Assembly (NCBI GenBank): GCA_023515725.1
Contig: JALDTO010000213.1
Span: 566,280-630,279 of the forward strand
DNA length: 64,000 bases
Origin: Amoeboaphelidium protococcarum X5
Taxonomy: Eukaryota; Fungi; Aphelidiomycota
Direction: 5' to 3'
This document shows, one piece after another, positions 43,537 through 57,702 of the stretch; positions within the stretch are counted from its first letter, which is position 1; every line of letters begins with the position of its first letter. The notes under the pieces are model-generated. The model saw nothing but the letters and a program-made list of their open reading frames with translations. It did not search any database and was not told the DNA's origin. The position numbers were made by a program, and so were the translations under genes.

Positions 43537-45499
43537 ATGGATATAGACGATGGACAGGTTGTGGGTGATGATCAAGGTATCGATACTTCGTAGGTATAAA
43601 GCCTTCATAAAGACGTAAGATTTTGTTATTGAATCATCAATTAATCAATGTATCATGTTCATGTGCGTGTATGCTGGAGTAGAAGTTCCCCACTGCTGTG
43701 TACTTTATCATTGGAAATGAATTTTGTGAGAGGTTCTCTTTCTATGGCATGAAGACTGTGCTGTTTGTCTACCTGACCAGCTACTTGCTCATGACTGAGA
43801 GTAAAGCCGTGCAAGTGGTACATTCTTTTGGAATGTTTGCCTACTTCTTTCCATTGATCGGTGGTATTTTGGGAGACTCGTATTGGGGGAAATATCGAAC
43901 CATTTTTAATCTCTCTTTAGTTTACTGTGTGGGTAATCTCATCCTGGCTGTCACTTCGATTCCTTACGTTACAGGAAATCCTCCCCAAGCGTAAGATTTT
44001 AGTTTGCTATTTACTTACATTCTTTAAACCAAATCAAATTTATAAGATTGTGTAGTTGGGGTGCCTTAATAGGACTTTTACTACTTGCCGTTGGTACTGG
44101 TGGTATCAAGTCCAATGTGAGCTCTTTTGGAGGAGACTAGTTTGAGGCAGATTAGACATTGCAGATCCAGAGATTCTTCAGTATGTTTTACTTTTCGATC
44201 AACTCTGGATCTCTGCTGAGCACATTTGTTACACCTGAATTGCGCTCCATGAAATGTTTTGGATTAGACAGTTGTTTCCCTTTGGCTTTTGGTGTACCTG
44301 CCGTACTAATGGTGGTGGCCACTGTTATCTTTGTGCTTGGTAATATGGGTGGTCGGTATAAAAAGATTCCGATTGGTGAAAATTCTTTAATGCTTTTGTA
44401 CTCTGTAGTTAAAACTGCTTTAGTTAATAAGTTTCAATCTAGAAATTAATATTAGCGTTTATCTGATGTTGCAGGAAGTGAACTGGACATCAATGAAAGT
44501 GATAGCAATGGTAATCGCGCTTTAGATAACTCAACAGTTAGAGCGGGCATTATGAAGTCACCAAGTATCGTCACCTCGCCGATGATGGACAGAAATACTG
44601 AGATCATTCGTTTAAAAAAGACTCCTGTTAGTAGTCCTGTGGACTCTGTTGAGAATCTTCTTCATGCGCAATCTTAAGAGAACACCGTACTCGTCACTGA
44701 CCATTGGTTGAGTTATGCTTCACCGGCGTACAGTCCACAAGTGATCCAACAAGTCAAATCAGTTCTGTCAGTGCTTTACATGTTCCTACCTCTTCCCTTC
44801 TTTTGGACTTTGTATGATTAATAGAGCTCCCGTTGGGTTGCACAGGCCAAGAAGATGGATCCGATTATTCGTCTTTCTGGTGGTGCAGAATGGCGTATAA
44901 AGTACGATCAGATGCAACTGGTCAATGCTCTGCTTATTCTTGCGATGATTCCTCTCTTTGATAGAATTATATATCCGCTTTGTGCCAAGTATCTCAAATG
45001 GTAGATTAAGCCGTTATAGAGAATGTCTATTGGAATGTTTCTCACCGGAGTGGCTTTCATAATGGCAGCCTTGTTAGAAGTGGGCATTCAGAATGGCGAA
45101 TTTGATGAGAATGGATTTTGTGTTAAACGTTGCGTTCATATCTCTCTCTAAATTCCTCAGTATGTCGTACTCACAGCTGGCGAGATTATGTTCAGCATTA
45201 CAGGCTTAGAGTTTGCGTATTCTCAATCGCCGCCTTAAATGAAATCGGTAATGCAGGCTTGCTGGCTGCTCACTGTTGCCATTGGAAATCTAGTGGTTGT
45301 TTTGCTCGCTGAAGCCACCCTATTTAAACTCAACTCTACCGAGTACTTCTTCTTTGCCGCATTGATATTCGCTGCTGCCATAGTGTTTTCGCTAATGAGT
45401 CTGACGTACAAGTATTAGAAGTTTGATCTCGTTGAGGATATTTTAACCTCTCCTCAGGATGATATTTAAGCTAATGATTAAGAATCTGGTGACAATTGA
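43537..45499 (+). CDS. PTR2: POT/PTR-family oligopeptide transporter; two introns
   Basis: NEFCERFSFYG (ExxERF), GTGGIK, FFSMFYFSINSGS and GLEFAYSQSP; introns 43615-43682 and ~43991-44055. Confidence 0.92.
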
Positions 45500-45651
45500 G
45501 TTGACTTAAGCTGAAATAACAGCGATTTGCGGTTGACATACATTTCCCCTGATTAACAAGAATGATGTGCGATGATAAAAGATATGAAAACCAGCTTTAA
45601 GCGATTAATGATGTGTATAATATAGTAAATAAAGTATCTTCATTAGCGTAT

Positions 45652-46218
45652 TCACTCAGGCTTAGCCAATGCTTCCTTCTTGGTAGCGACACGCTGAGCA
45701 CGACGCTCTCTAGCAGCTCTGGTCTTTGCACGATGAGCCTCAGCTTGATCAGCCAGCACTTTAGTTCTAGCCTGGTCAGCCTTTGCCTTGTAAATGTACT
45801 CCATCAAAACCCTCTTGTTCTTGAAAACATTACCCTTTGCCTTCATGTAGAGATCGTGGTACAAGTGCTTGTCAATCTTACCCAGGGCGCGATACTTGCG
45901 CAACAATCTTCTCAACACACGCTGACGACGCATCCACAGAACCTCTGATGGCATACGTGCCTCGCGGGTACCACGACGCTTACCGGTTCCCATGTGTCTT
46001 CCCTTTCTCTTGGCCTCGAGCATGGCACGCACACGAGCGCGACTGTGCATAGCTTGTGGCTTACGGATAATCAGTCCATCCTTCTTCAATCTACGAATAG
46101 CCTGGCGCGAGTGAGCCTCAGCGATAGTCTGCGTCTCATTAGGATCCAACCAGATCTTGCGCTTTCCACACTTTAAAACAGCAGCAGCGAGACGCTTCTA
46201 TAATTTAAGATTCGGCAT
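45652..46218 (-). CDS. RPL19: 60S ribosomal protein L19 (eL19)
   Basis: MPNLKLQ(TAG)[21 protein letters not shown]...[19 protein letters not shown]. Confidence 0.98.
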
Positions 46219-46473
46219 GCTTAATATTAATATTGACAAATCAAATCTTCCTTACGGAAATCACAATTAAATTGGCGATAGAGTACTTAGCGTTAGAGCT
46301 ACTGGACGCGAAAGAAAATTTGGATCACGCAAAGATTTCGGTTAAGGCGAAAATATCTGGCGCGACGCGAGACGATTCAATCAATAAACAACGAGTGATG
46401 ATGAAAACTCAGGCGACAACGTGTGACATCAGCAGTAAGATCACTCCATCATAGAGATTACGCGCGGTATAAA

Positions 46474-46686
46474 ATGTTTGTCAATCAAATACTAAAAGGC
46501 TGGGCGTATGTATTGGGAGCTGGATTTGTGGGATATCAAGTGACCAAGTACATAACTTATAACAATAAGAAGGACGCGTTTTTGAAAGAGAAAGAACGTG
46601 ACCGCATTATGAGAAAGCTAGGTGTGTCTGAGGAGTCTAAAAAGTCGGTTCCTCCATTCTCATACTCTTCTGAATCTAATTAGTGA
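46474..46686 (+). CDS. Small single-pass membrane protein (70 aa), possibly mitochondrial
   Basis: MFVNQILKGWAYVLGAGFVGYQVTKY plus a charged tail; AAAATG start context; ends TAG TGA. Confidence 0.55.
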
Positions 46687-46772
46687 TGTAATTGTTGTTT
46701 TAGTTAAGCATGTATATAAGAAAATTCTTTTGATGTATACATTTCTATTGATACGGTAACTCCTCTGCTTCA

Positions 46773-47456
46773 TCAGGACTATTCACACTTATGAGCACGC
46801 TCCTTCTTTGACTTTTTCAACTTTTTGGATATCTTATTATCCTTCTTACTAGACTTGCTCTTTTTAGATTTCTCCTTCTTCTTATGATTCTTTTCGGTAA
46901 TAACGTCATTATCTTCACACACTTACGTTTCTGAAACTTGATTTACAACTGTTTGATTAACAGACACAGATGTGGAGGATTATCCAAAGATGTGAATATG
47001 GTTACTAGTATCTGACGTGGCCTCTTGCTTGGCTTTTAAGAATTTCGCCCTATGAGCAAGCCTTCCAAATGCAGGTGTAGATGCCGCTGTAGAATCGACT
47101 ACTACTTCACTATCGCTAACATTGATCTTTGAATCAGCGCTATCAGGAGCAATCTGGACGTTCAACTAAGATAATATATCGTTGAAAGCATCCGTATGCG
47201 CAAGCCAATTGTCTTCTGAGCGTGGCAATTCATGAGACCCAATACCAGTCGCGTCAGTTTTCAATTTGATTTTGATATGCTCAGTGTGTCCCTCTTCATT
47301 TCTACCAAGGCCTTTGCCATCTTTCCATCCCATTTTCTGAAGCATTTTATATGCTGGTGAGAGCGGAGCAACGCTATCCTTCCAATGATTATTTAAGTTT
47401 CGGATATCACCCACAACAGGCTTATCTTTACGTTATTTCGGTTGTGCTAGTCCCAT
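46773..47456 (-). CDS. PXR1: G-patch protein Pxr1/Gno1/PINX1-like
   Basis: MGLAQPK start, KMLQKMGWKDGKGLGRNEEG...GIG G-patch, Lys-rich C-terminus. Confidence 0.8.
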
Positions 47457-47909
47457 ATTTCAAAATTCTAAACTGGTAATCTGTGAGTAAAAACTAAAAG
47501 GCGTCTTACAATTTGCTAGATTTTCACCAGCGTCGCCATTTTTATTGCATCCCATTTCGAATACACTTGCCCGCATAAAATAGCTAAAGGATTTACAAAG
47601 AGGTAGTCAATTTGTTACTAAAAATCCCAGGGTGTTAAAGTAACAATATGGTGACAATATTCCAGCGTGTATCTGGATCGACCACATGTTTTATAAGATA
47701 GAAAATTTGCCTACGCGGACATGCAGCGACTCGATCAATATAAACGACTAAAGTACGGGACAATGTTGGATGAATCTGATCTTGCTAAGAAAAGCACAGG
47801 CGCTACTTGGTCCCAAACCAAAAGACTCATAAACCAACAGATTATATTCATATCCATACAACTAAATAAAACATCAACATTTAATTTCATCAAACATCAA
47901 CCTGTTCAA

Positions 47910-50900
47910 TCACTTTCTTAACCAAGAGGACTTTCTTAGATTATCCATCAATACTTTGCACTGAGCCTCAGTCAACTCATGGTGTGCAGCCACTGACTCT
48001 GGAATGCTCTGGAAGCTATTCAATGCTGAGGGACCTGTACCAGCTTCACGCCAAGACACTTTAGATGGTGAATTCTTCATGTTACCAGAGCTAGCGGTGG
48101 ACAAGTTCAGAGAATCTTGTATCATTGACACTGCCGAAGCATCAGCCTTCTCTATAGGTGCATTGAAATCACCGCGACGGGGAATTGTAGCATTAGACAT
48201 TTCGTCAACCACGACAATCGTTGGAATCTGTTGAGGAGATCCAAACTTTATTCCATCATCAGCCTGGCCAAATTCATTCATTCTACTATCAGGCCGTTCT
48301 GGTGCCTTTGCACTGTTCCTACCTGAAGACAGATTAGATGTCTCACGCGCAAATGGAAACTTGCTGCGATCAATCGAAGGCACAGGAGGAATATCACCAG
48401 CACTCACAGGACGATCTCCAGACGTCATCATGTCGCGCTACTCTCTCATGCGCTCGTACCTTCTTTGAATGGCAATTCCAACAAATATGGATCTTAGCTT
48501 CTCTTTGCACACCTATTCGTGAATCATTTCAATCTCTTGCTACCTCTGGAACAACTCTTCAATTTTGAGCGCTTTCTCAGGGTCAATCAATTACATAGAG
48601 AGGATATGAAGCATTTTCTAAAACGAAATTCCATTCACTCCATCGTCAGCCAGTAAAGCCTCATGATAGACAAAGTTGAGCTTAGCGCGGCGAGTTCTAA
48701 CTTGCTCGTTCTTGAGTCCACTCAAAGTTTGATTCAGTAAAGTAATATTGACCATCTTTTTCACCATTGTATCATACACAGACTTTTGTTTCTACTAGTC
48801 CGATGAAACGCTCAATATGGTAGACTTTCTCAACTTGTTAGCGGAGTCACCTTTGTTCTAACCTCTAGACAAAGATCCATATCCTCCAACGTCATCACCA
48901 GTCACATCAATCATGCTAGAGACCAAAATTTTGGGCTTCAATGGATTCGGTTTATCATTAGCCGCCTCCAGAATAGCGTTGTCAGTGTTCATGCGCTTCA
49001 ACCCGCCACCACTAGCAGTCTTGCTCAACTCCTGGTCAGCGCCAGCGGATGCTGTCTTGGTCAAAGATTTTACAATGTTCGCGCTAAGAATTCTGGATCG
49101 CAACTTCGGCTTTTCAGTACTTTCAGACTTGACAATTGCAGTTTTCAAAGTCTGAGATCCAAATTTGGTATCACCCTGCTTTTTAGCTGGAACATAGCGA
49201 CAACTGCCCATCAACTAATGGACTTGGAATTCCTTGCTATAAACCTCAACGCGCAATCTTCCTTACAACTTACTTAGGAAACGAGGAATCTAATCGACTC
49301 TAATAAACCCTTTCCCTTTTGGATCAAATTCTGCCCAATTTTACTTAAATAGAGCCAAATCTTCAGCAGTTAGCACGGTCACCTCTGAGCCCTCTTCCTA
49401 GGCCGCGTCAAAACTATCCACCACGGTCACCACGAATAGACCAGTGAATATTAAAGTCATGACAATCTCAAAGGAGATGAAAATCAACAGAGCATAAGAA
49501 TTACCACCACAATCACTCAACAGATATGTGAAAGGATTAGCCTCACATTCTGGATACTCAACGCGCATATCTTTCACTATACCGTTCCACACCTCTCCGG
49601 TAGTCATTCTAAACAGTGTCAACATTCCAACACCAAACTGCCTAAAGTTGGCATGTGAGTCAGTAGTGGTACCGTGACGGGTTAGACCAAACAGCTCCAT
49701 GCAAATCAAAGTATATGCCGTGAGCGTAACAAGAAGAACACCAAGTACATTGGAAATTTGTTTAGCACTAGCAGTTATAGTCTTGTCAAAGGTCTTGAGG
49801 ACAGGCACAAGAGGTATTAGCTTGACAAAGGTCATATCCAGAAAAGCATTCTGAATTTACACAAAGGCTTCAGTCTACTATAACACTAGATCAACCTTAG
49901 CCATCCGAAGAACAGAAATATTAAACAATCCTTGCGCAACGAAAAGATCATACCAGTGCCATGGATTTTAACGCCACTACATTATTAATAATTATATAAA
50001 CTTATTCTAACGCTAAATAACATTACCTTTTTAAAACCAAGCCCATATCTTTTTACTACAAAATCAAACATGTATACAATAGATACACATCCATAAAAGT
50101 AACGCTAGAATCCATCATATGCAACAAGAGAATAATCAGGAGATAGATCGCCGTTAGCCAACGTGACATACTGCTAAAAATTGGACATCATCACAATGGT
50201 AGTCACAATCGTAGTCCAAAAGACGAGCTTTGACAATGGACCATTTTTATCTTTCACCAGATTAAAGCAAATACCGCGCCACTTTGAATTGCTTACAAGT
50301 TCTCTTTTCCTAGATGGTCTCAACAATTTCATAGATTTCTAAACTTCGACCCAGTTCCTTTACTGATTCTACATGATAGTATAATAAATCGTTGATAATC
50401 AACATAAACGAATGCGATCGTACCGTCAATAAAGCCGTTCCATCTCTAGTCATAAAAGCCTGCATAATGACACCGACAAAGAGATTACGCATAATGACAT
50501 ATCCAAATATCATCCAAATCAGAAAATAGAACGCATTCCAAGGAGACAATGGAGGCCACTTTGATTCTCCACCAACAACACCATTGTTGGATATACCGGC
50601 ATAAAACTTCAACATCCAACCTTCTTCCAACACCATTTCAAACAGACTGAGAAGCGAAGACCAAAAGTCATCAAAAGTTGTCGTAATCTGCTGAGCCGCC
50701 CATTAACGGGGAATGTAATAGCCAAGACTTTGATCGAGATAAATCCCAGTACACTCATTGGCGGTCAACATCGAGTGATCATTGCAGCTGTTCATAAGTC
50801 CGGCAAAGAGAACATTTCCATAGCTAGCATAAGGCACTAAGAAGAATAGGAATAGCAGGATAGCCTCCATGATATTCAAAAAACTAGAGCACACAGTCTC

Positions 50901-53900
50901 AAATATGCGTTTCATTCCGTCAAATTAGGGAATGATGCGAAAAGCTTTCAGACCACGAAGGGCACGCACTATACGAGGAAAGCCTACATTCGATGACACG
51001 GGAGTCAGAATGCTGTACCAAGAGGTGAACAACGTAATAACATCAATCCAGCTCCATCCATTGAGAAGAAAAGGCTAAGGAGATATCAGTAGACCATCAG
51101 CGACGCTTCTGAATAAAAAGAACAGAGCAAAAATCACTGCAAATACATCATTGCTAAGATAAACCCACTCGCGATAAAACTCCTTGGACTCGATGAGCAT
51201 TCGAACTTCAGGAACTGGGTTGATCAGATCAATTTAGCTCACTGTCGTGTTCTAGCTTGTGGCGTAACTGACCAAAAAAGACTCCAATGATCTTCTTCTA
51301 CTGGCAGGGGAATCGAATGTCAGGGCAAGACAAGATAGAATGATGAATATGTTCTCAATGGCAATTGACATCTTGCGACGACTGGTACCATTCTTGCCAA
51401 CTAAGAATATACATAACCGTCTAAACCAATGATCAGGCGTAAACAAGAAGTAGCTAGCGTCATACAAAGGATGGGCTTCATTAAAGCGGGACACGGCTTC
51501 TCTCCTTTCACTTCCTTGGTCCGTCTACACTCTCACTTAAGCTTCATCAAACGCGGGATTAAGCTGATCCAAATTCTTAGCATGATGCAAAGTCTTGCTA
51601 CCGCCGCGATGTCTCAGCTCAGACACGATAGCGAGGACTTTATTGCGGACATACGATCCGTCATCCAAAATAGTGCTCTCAACTGCCCCCTGATCGTCTT
51701 AATCTTATTATGCAGATGACGGATCCTTCGAATCGTTCACTGCAGCAGAATCCTTGCCAAACATCTTCTCCCTCAAAGCTCTTTTAAACAGCTTCCATGG
51801 GCCAACATAATCAGATTCATCATCGCCATTATCCTTCCATAACTTTGAAGAATCATCAGAGTACCCTTTTACAAACTCATTATGATAGACAGCACGAATT
51901 TTGGCACGAAACTACTACGGCAACTACTTCACAGACAATATGCGGGGACTTGGACGCAAATAAGTAAAAGGATTCCATTTGCTAAAGTAGCTAGACTAGT
52001 CTTACTATGAAGCACCATCAATTTTGTTCAAAAGCTAAATCACTTGTCCAAACTTCTTCTCCTCTTCTTGAAACTCAAAATTCTCAAGCAATACGGCAAC
52101 AGCAAGATCCACCACCACGGAATGACACATTATGAACAGGCATGTAAAGAAGATGCCAGAGAAGAAGAATCCCACCGTATTACCTTACTACGAAAACAGA
52201 CCGCTGTACAAAGGATCCGTCCAATTGTCAGACACCATACACTAAAAAGTAGTTAGGAAGGCTTCAAAAAAGCTGTCAAAGTTAGAATCAGGGCTATTAG
52301 GATCCAGAAATTCCATATGCCCACCGAATAACTGCATCGCCATAGTGGCAAAGGTGGACAGAATCATAATCACAAACAGAATGACACTAAAGAAGCTTTA
52401 CAAATCACCAAAGGCCAGTTTCAGAGTCTTCTACAGTCTAGGAAATGCTTCCGCCAATCTTTAAAATCTCAAAATCTGGAACAAACTTAAATATTTGGCG
52501 ACTGGACTCCTTCTGACCTAGGGAATATCAATCAACGCATTTCCAATCACCAAAAAAGTATCAAATAGCCTTTGTTTGCCGTGATAGAATTTCTCGCCAT
52601 TTTCCAAAGCATTGAATTGAATTAACACATCTGCAGTGAAAAATACAAGCAACATTAAATCTAGCGAGTATGTTAATTGCAGCATGCCTTCATCGTTTAC
52701 ATACTTCTAGTCCATCAACACAGTGGAAAGAGACAGCAGAGAGGCGGCAACAACAACGTACTTATACCATTAAGAGGTTGTGATAAACTTGGCATATTCG
52801 TAGAGAACTGAGCGAGTGTCAAATTTATTACCTTCCTTTGTCAATTTCCAGCCATTGGCAGTTTATTAAAGGATTTGCTTTCTCTTTCTCTCCTTTACCA
52901 ACGCCTCCTGGTACTGACTTCTGATACTTGAATATGTCTCCGAAATGACAGCCACCAACATATTCATGAGAATGAAATCCACTAAAAGTATCACAACGAC
53001 ATGGTATATGAAAGAGGACCAATCTTAAGCATCCATCGACATATACATTGTACGAGTCCAACCTTACTCTGTGGCGGATTGAAATATCGAGAAAGTCGCA
53101 GAGAATATGTTATCAAAGGACACAAATCCAAAAGGCTTCTCGTTGGCAGTCTCCATGTACTTACACACTTGAGGATAAGGACAAGCATAACCTTGCGGAA
53201 CACCTTGATGATACTTGGCGGTCATAATACTACCATCTTGCATCTCATAAGATCCACAAGCTTTAATAGGTTTAACCATTTGATTACTCACTAGGCCATT
53301 ACCGTCAGTGGACTCCAAAACGCAACGCCTAGCAAGAGTTCCTTTGTGAAATTATACTCCAGTTATAGCCAAAAATAGATAAATGTATGTAATAAACACC
53401 AAGACTTTGCCGAGCAATTTGGACGAACTTGTGACAGAACGAGTGATCACTGAGAGACCTCTAGATACCAGAAGCAGTAATCTAAATGGTCGCATTGCTG
53501 ATAATGTTCTAAAGACAAGGACCCAAACACTACCAGTCTAACTTATAGCAACATAAATCCAAAAGAACATGCAGATAGCAAAGTCAAACTAATTACCGGC
53601 TGACTTCCAGAATGTATGATTGGCTTCAAAATAATCAAGCGGCTCCACGTCAGAATTGTATAGATATTTCAAGAGATAATATTCAATCTTATCCACTAAA
53701 GTGTAATTTCCGCGGATAAAAAATCCGTACACAATGCATTTAGCAATTATCTCTAGAGTGTACATGATAAAGACCGCGAGAAGGGCATAATCCTACCACA
53801 TGAATCCAAACTCATCCTAACGCTTCTACCTTTTCTGAAAACTCATGCTGGCATATATGATCCAGTTTATAAACGTCAATAAGGTTATTACAGGCTAATA

Positions 53901-54651
53901 CCATTTTCTGCTTATCAAGCGATGAAGAAACATTCTAAAGCGATTCTCAGGCGAAAATAATCCCAACGAATAACCAGTCAGCTTAGTGGTACCTCCTTCC
54001 TTGTCATTTAAAGTAAAAATGGCAGTTTCGGTATCCATAAAACTCTCTGCCCTGCCACCGGTAATGCTAGATCTAACACCACTTATGCTAGTCTTCCGCT
54101 CGGACCCAAATACATCTGATTTAGAGCTTGACTGGCTAGCTGATGTTATAGAGCGATTCTTTGCAAATACATCTGTTCCAGTGCTACCAGAGTTAGGCAA
54201 TTTGCTACCAGTCTTCTCAAAAAAATCAGCAATAGATGACAATTTGGACACTGAGCGCGGTGGCAGGATTGACGTTGCGGCCAGAGAGCGAGACGAGCGG
54301 TCCGGTTTCAGCTGGGACGACAATGAAGACTGCGGTTACAACATACCGGATTTGCCCCCACTGGGCGCCCTGTCCATAGAGTTGGACGTCAAATTAGCTG
54401 GCGAAGTTTTTGGTCTCTATTCCTAAGAAAACTCAGTCTGATTCCCAGAGACGGCTGAGAATTCATCTACGGCTTTGTGCAATGATGACTGCGATGCTTT
54501 GACTTCATTCAGGGATTCATCTACATAAATATGTCAAATGGATTCATTAGATATTTATCAAGACACAGTAACAATATAAGATACCTTAAATGAAGATAGT
54601 AGGAGGAACTACTGGTTTATCACCACTATGAGGATACTGTTGTTCAGCCAT
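47910..54651 (-). CDS. CCH1: Four-domain voltage-gated-like cation channel (Cch1/NALCN/Cav superfamily); several introns
   Basis: YSLGLFSPENRFR; four pore loops FQSATEQGW, FQCMVSDNW, FEMVLEEGW and LFRMTTGEVW; S6 NLFVGVI; EF-hand-like WAEFDPKGKG; TGA 47910-47912. Confidence 0.88.
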
Positions 54652-54958
54652 ATCTCCACGGGACCGATGTGATGAGTTTCAGAAATGAGAGAATTAGAGA
54701 AACGATGAAACAAAGTTTGACGAATCGCGCGACAGCTGCTCTGCAAGAAATTTAAATCTATCGTCCTACGGTACTCAAGTTTTTCATGTACCTCAGCGCG
54801 TAGAATTTGAAAGTTATGAGGAATCTTTGATAGCAGATGCTTATCATCGTTAAATGACTTGATAAACGCTGTTAAAGATCAGCTAGATTTAATCAGTAAG
54901 TCACGTCAGATACACTTAGTAATAAAAGTTTATTCATCATGATCATTCAACGCTGCAC

Positions 54959-56428
54959 TCAAACTGAAACCATAAGAGAGCAATCAATCGCGGTTTTGAT
55001 ATAGAGCTTGATAGAGCAATCCTGATGTTACAAGGATTTTACAGCTGCTTAAATCTACTGAATAATTTTATAGATAGGCATAGAGGTCAATTATAGGATT
55101 ACTTGAATGCTTCGCGCCTTAATATTAACCAAATTTGGAATCAATTTGTTAATTATCAGATTTAAATCGGATTTGGATACTTGCAGTCCAATTTTCAGGT
55201 CGCCGACAGCATTCGTTGGAGCTCCATGATGTTCACAAATCTAAGCAAGGTCGCTAAGCAATTCAATAAACTCTTCAACGTAACGAACCCTCACAAACGT
55301 ACTACCAGCCACAGCAGGCGCGTCAAGCAGTTAAGACTCCCACCTTGAGATTTCACCATACTTTGCGAAACCCTTAGATTCAAACGACAACTTCAAAACA
55401 TGGATATCTGTACCACATCTGAACTTCATTCTCTAATAGATGGAACTTACTCTATCTTCAGAGGGCATCAGACGAAGCACTTTATATCCGACCGTAACAC
55501 TTTAAAATCTAAATTCATACCCAACTAGCATTTACAGCATATTGTCTATAGCATCCGAATTAGTTTCGTAATACGCCTAGATGTAGAGATCTTTAATGAA
55601 GGGCAAAACAGATTTAACAGACTGATCCAAGCTAATTCTCTCAAAGTAGCCAAGATCCTTGTGGGCAAGTGAAACAATCAACATCATCCGAGATTTAATG
55701 TTCACAGAAACAGTTTTTCTTTAAAGGAGCTCTCCAAATTATTCATTGAGTTTCTCGATCATCAGCTCAGTCTCCAATGATACCTGCATTAAGTAGTCTT
55801 GCTCAAGGCGAACGGCGATGCTTTTCTCGTTAGCTGACTATGATCTAGACGCGATCGTTAGGATGCTCACCTTACATTGAATGAACACCTTACCAAATGT
55901 TAATTGTTTCAGTACAAACTACATATCTTTTATGAAATATTAGTCGCGACAGTCACCTTCAAATATGAATTTTAGCCCAACAGAGGTCCATAGCTTTTTA
56001 TGTTTCGCAAAATCGTCAGATAGCGTGTTAAAGACTTGATTGCCCTGCAGTCGATTTAAAGATAGCCTCACCTCGCGCCTAAGAACGATATCTTCTTCAT
56101 GATCCACATCAACAAATCTTCTAAGCTAATCAAAGGCATATTTAAGGAAATTCATTTACAAGCACCACTCTTTGAGCTCCCTATTCTCATCCAAAAGTGT
56201 TTTGATTTTTGGTGATACTAGCTGAAAGGACGTGTAATCTCGACATGACTGAGCCACTTCAGCGAAATATCCTTCAACAGATTATCCTATTCCCGGCTAA
56301 GAAATATCACCGGTAATCTTGGCTGCTATGGAATTGAGTGCGTTTCTATCTAGCGAAAGGAGACCAGCTTGTATTTTCAGTAGTTTCAATGCGATTACTA
56401 GCCAATGAATAATAGTGACCTTTATCAT
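54959..56428 (-). CDS. Putative secreted F-box-like protein, family member B (~489 aa)
   Basis: MIKVTIIHWLVIALKLLKIQA signal-like; LLSLDRNALNSIAAKI...QSVEGYFAEVAQSCRDYTSFQLVSPKIKTLL...EWC; C-terminal VGDLKIG...LVNIKARSIQVI. Entirely missed by the ORF track. Confidence 0.65.
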
Positions 56429-56798
56429 ATTTACGCGTGCTCTATCAATATTGCGGACTGTTCAGAGAGCCTGTTCCCTATTACTCTACAAATAAAAGGA
56501 GAATTTGCTTATCAATAGAGCCATGTAAAAAAGTTTAAATTTCAGCGTCGGAAGTTGAAATTTTTAAATTCCGAATTTGAAGCCCACGTGGTATTAGATA
56601 GTTCACGCGTTTAAATTCTCCTGAAAGTATCAAAGTTGTAAAGTTTATTGAATTCAGGAGTAAGTACTATAATTTAACAAAGTAAATTGACAAGGTCACG
56701 TATATCTAGAGTATTGAATACTCAAATAATAAAATACTAATTTCATTCATCATTTTCATAAAACCAAAACTTCAAACATAATCAGCGTGGGGCACATT

Positions 56799-57359
56799 TC
56801 ATTGACACTTACCAAATAGTTTGTTGCACCCAGTACCGCAGTGCTGATCCGTTGTACCACAATATCCATGTTAGCTGCAGCACTGTGAGCCTGGGCAGAC
56901 AATGGATGAACCGTCCGTAGCAGGACCGCACGTACCATCAGTAGATGTACGTGTCTTTACATCAGCTTTACAGCTCGTATCGTAGTTTTTAAAACTATAA
57001 CTCTTCTGACAACCAGCGCTACAGTGCTGTTCTTCGTTACCACAATATCCCCAGTAGGAACAGCATTGACCTTGAGGACAGAGCTTGCCGTGATTCTTGC
57101 TGATTTTGCCGCAAGTACCATCAGTAGAGGTTGAGAAGCGCATATAGTCGTCAGGGTAGCAGGCATCAGAAAACTCGGATTAGCATCCAACGCCACAAAA
57201 AGCTTCTCCATTGCCACATTTACCACTATTACAGCATTGGCCAGCCGGGCAAGACACTCCATTCCCACACGTAGCCGCGTCAGTCTCAGCGTGAGTAGTA
57301 CCAAGCAGCATTATGAACATCATCAGTGCAAAAGACGTTTTGTTCTAAAATATCATCAT
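56799..57359 (-). CDS. Secreted chitin-binding protein with three hevein/CBM18 domains (186 aa)
   Basis: Signal peptide; CPAGQCCNSGKCGNGEAFCGVGC, CPQGQCCSYWGYCGNEEQHCSAGC and CPGSQCCSQHGYCGTTDQHCGTGC; no catalytic domain. Confidence 0.92.
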
Positions 57360-57702
57360 TTTAATGTAGTTGATTAATTCTATTAATAGGTTTATTTCAA
57401 TTGTATTATATTAAGAAGAGAGAAGAATGTAAGATACTACATTGCTGCGAAACATGTTGTGACTGATAGTAGATTCGACGCGTATCATTGGAGCATGTAA
57501 CGCCTGCTGACCATAATGCGTAACACGAAGTGTGATTTCGCATTAATTTTGCAACGTTACAGACATCTCATGACTAATCTCAAATTTGAGAATGGATAAT
57601 TTGTATATGTATCAAATATGTGCATCAAAAATAAAATCTATTAAATCATGCTCTATATCTATATCAGCGACATTGACAACATCAGTCAGCAACAGGGCTT
57701 CT

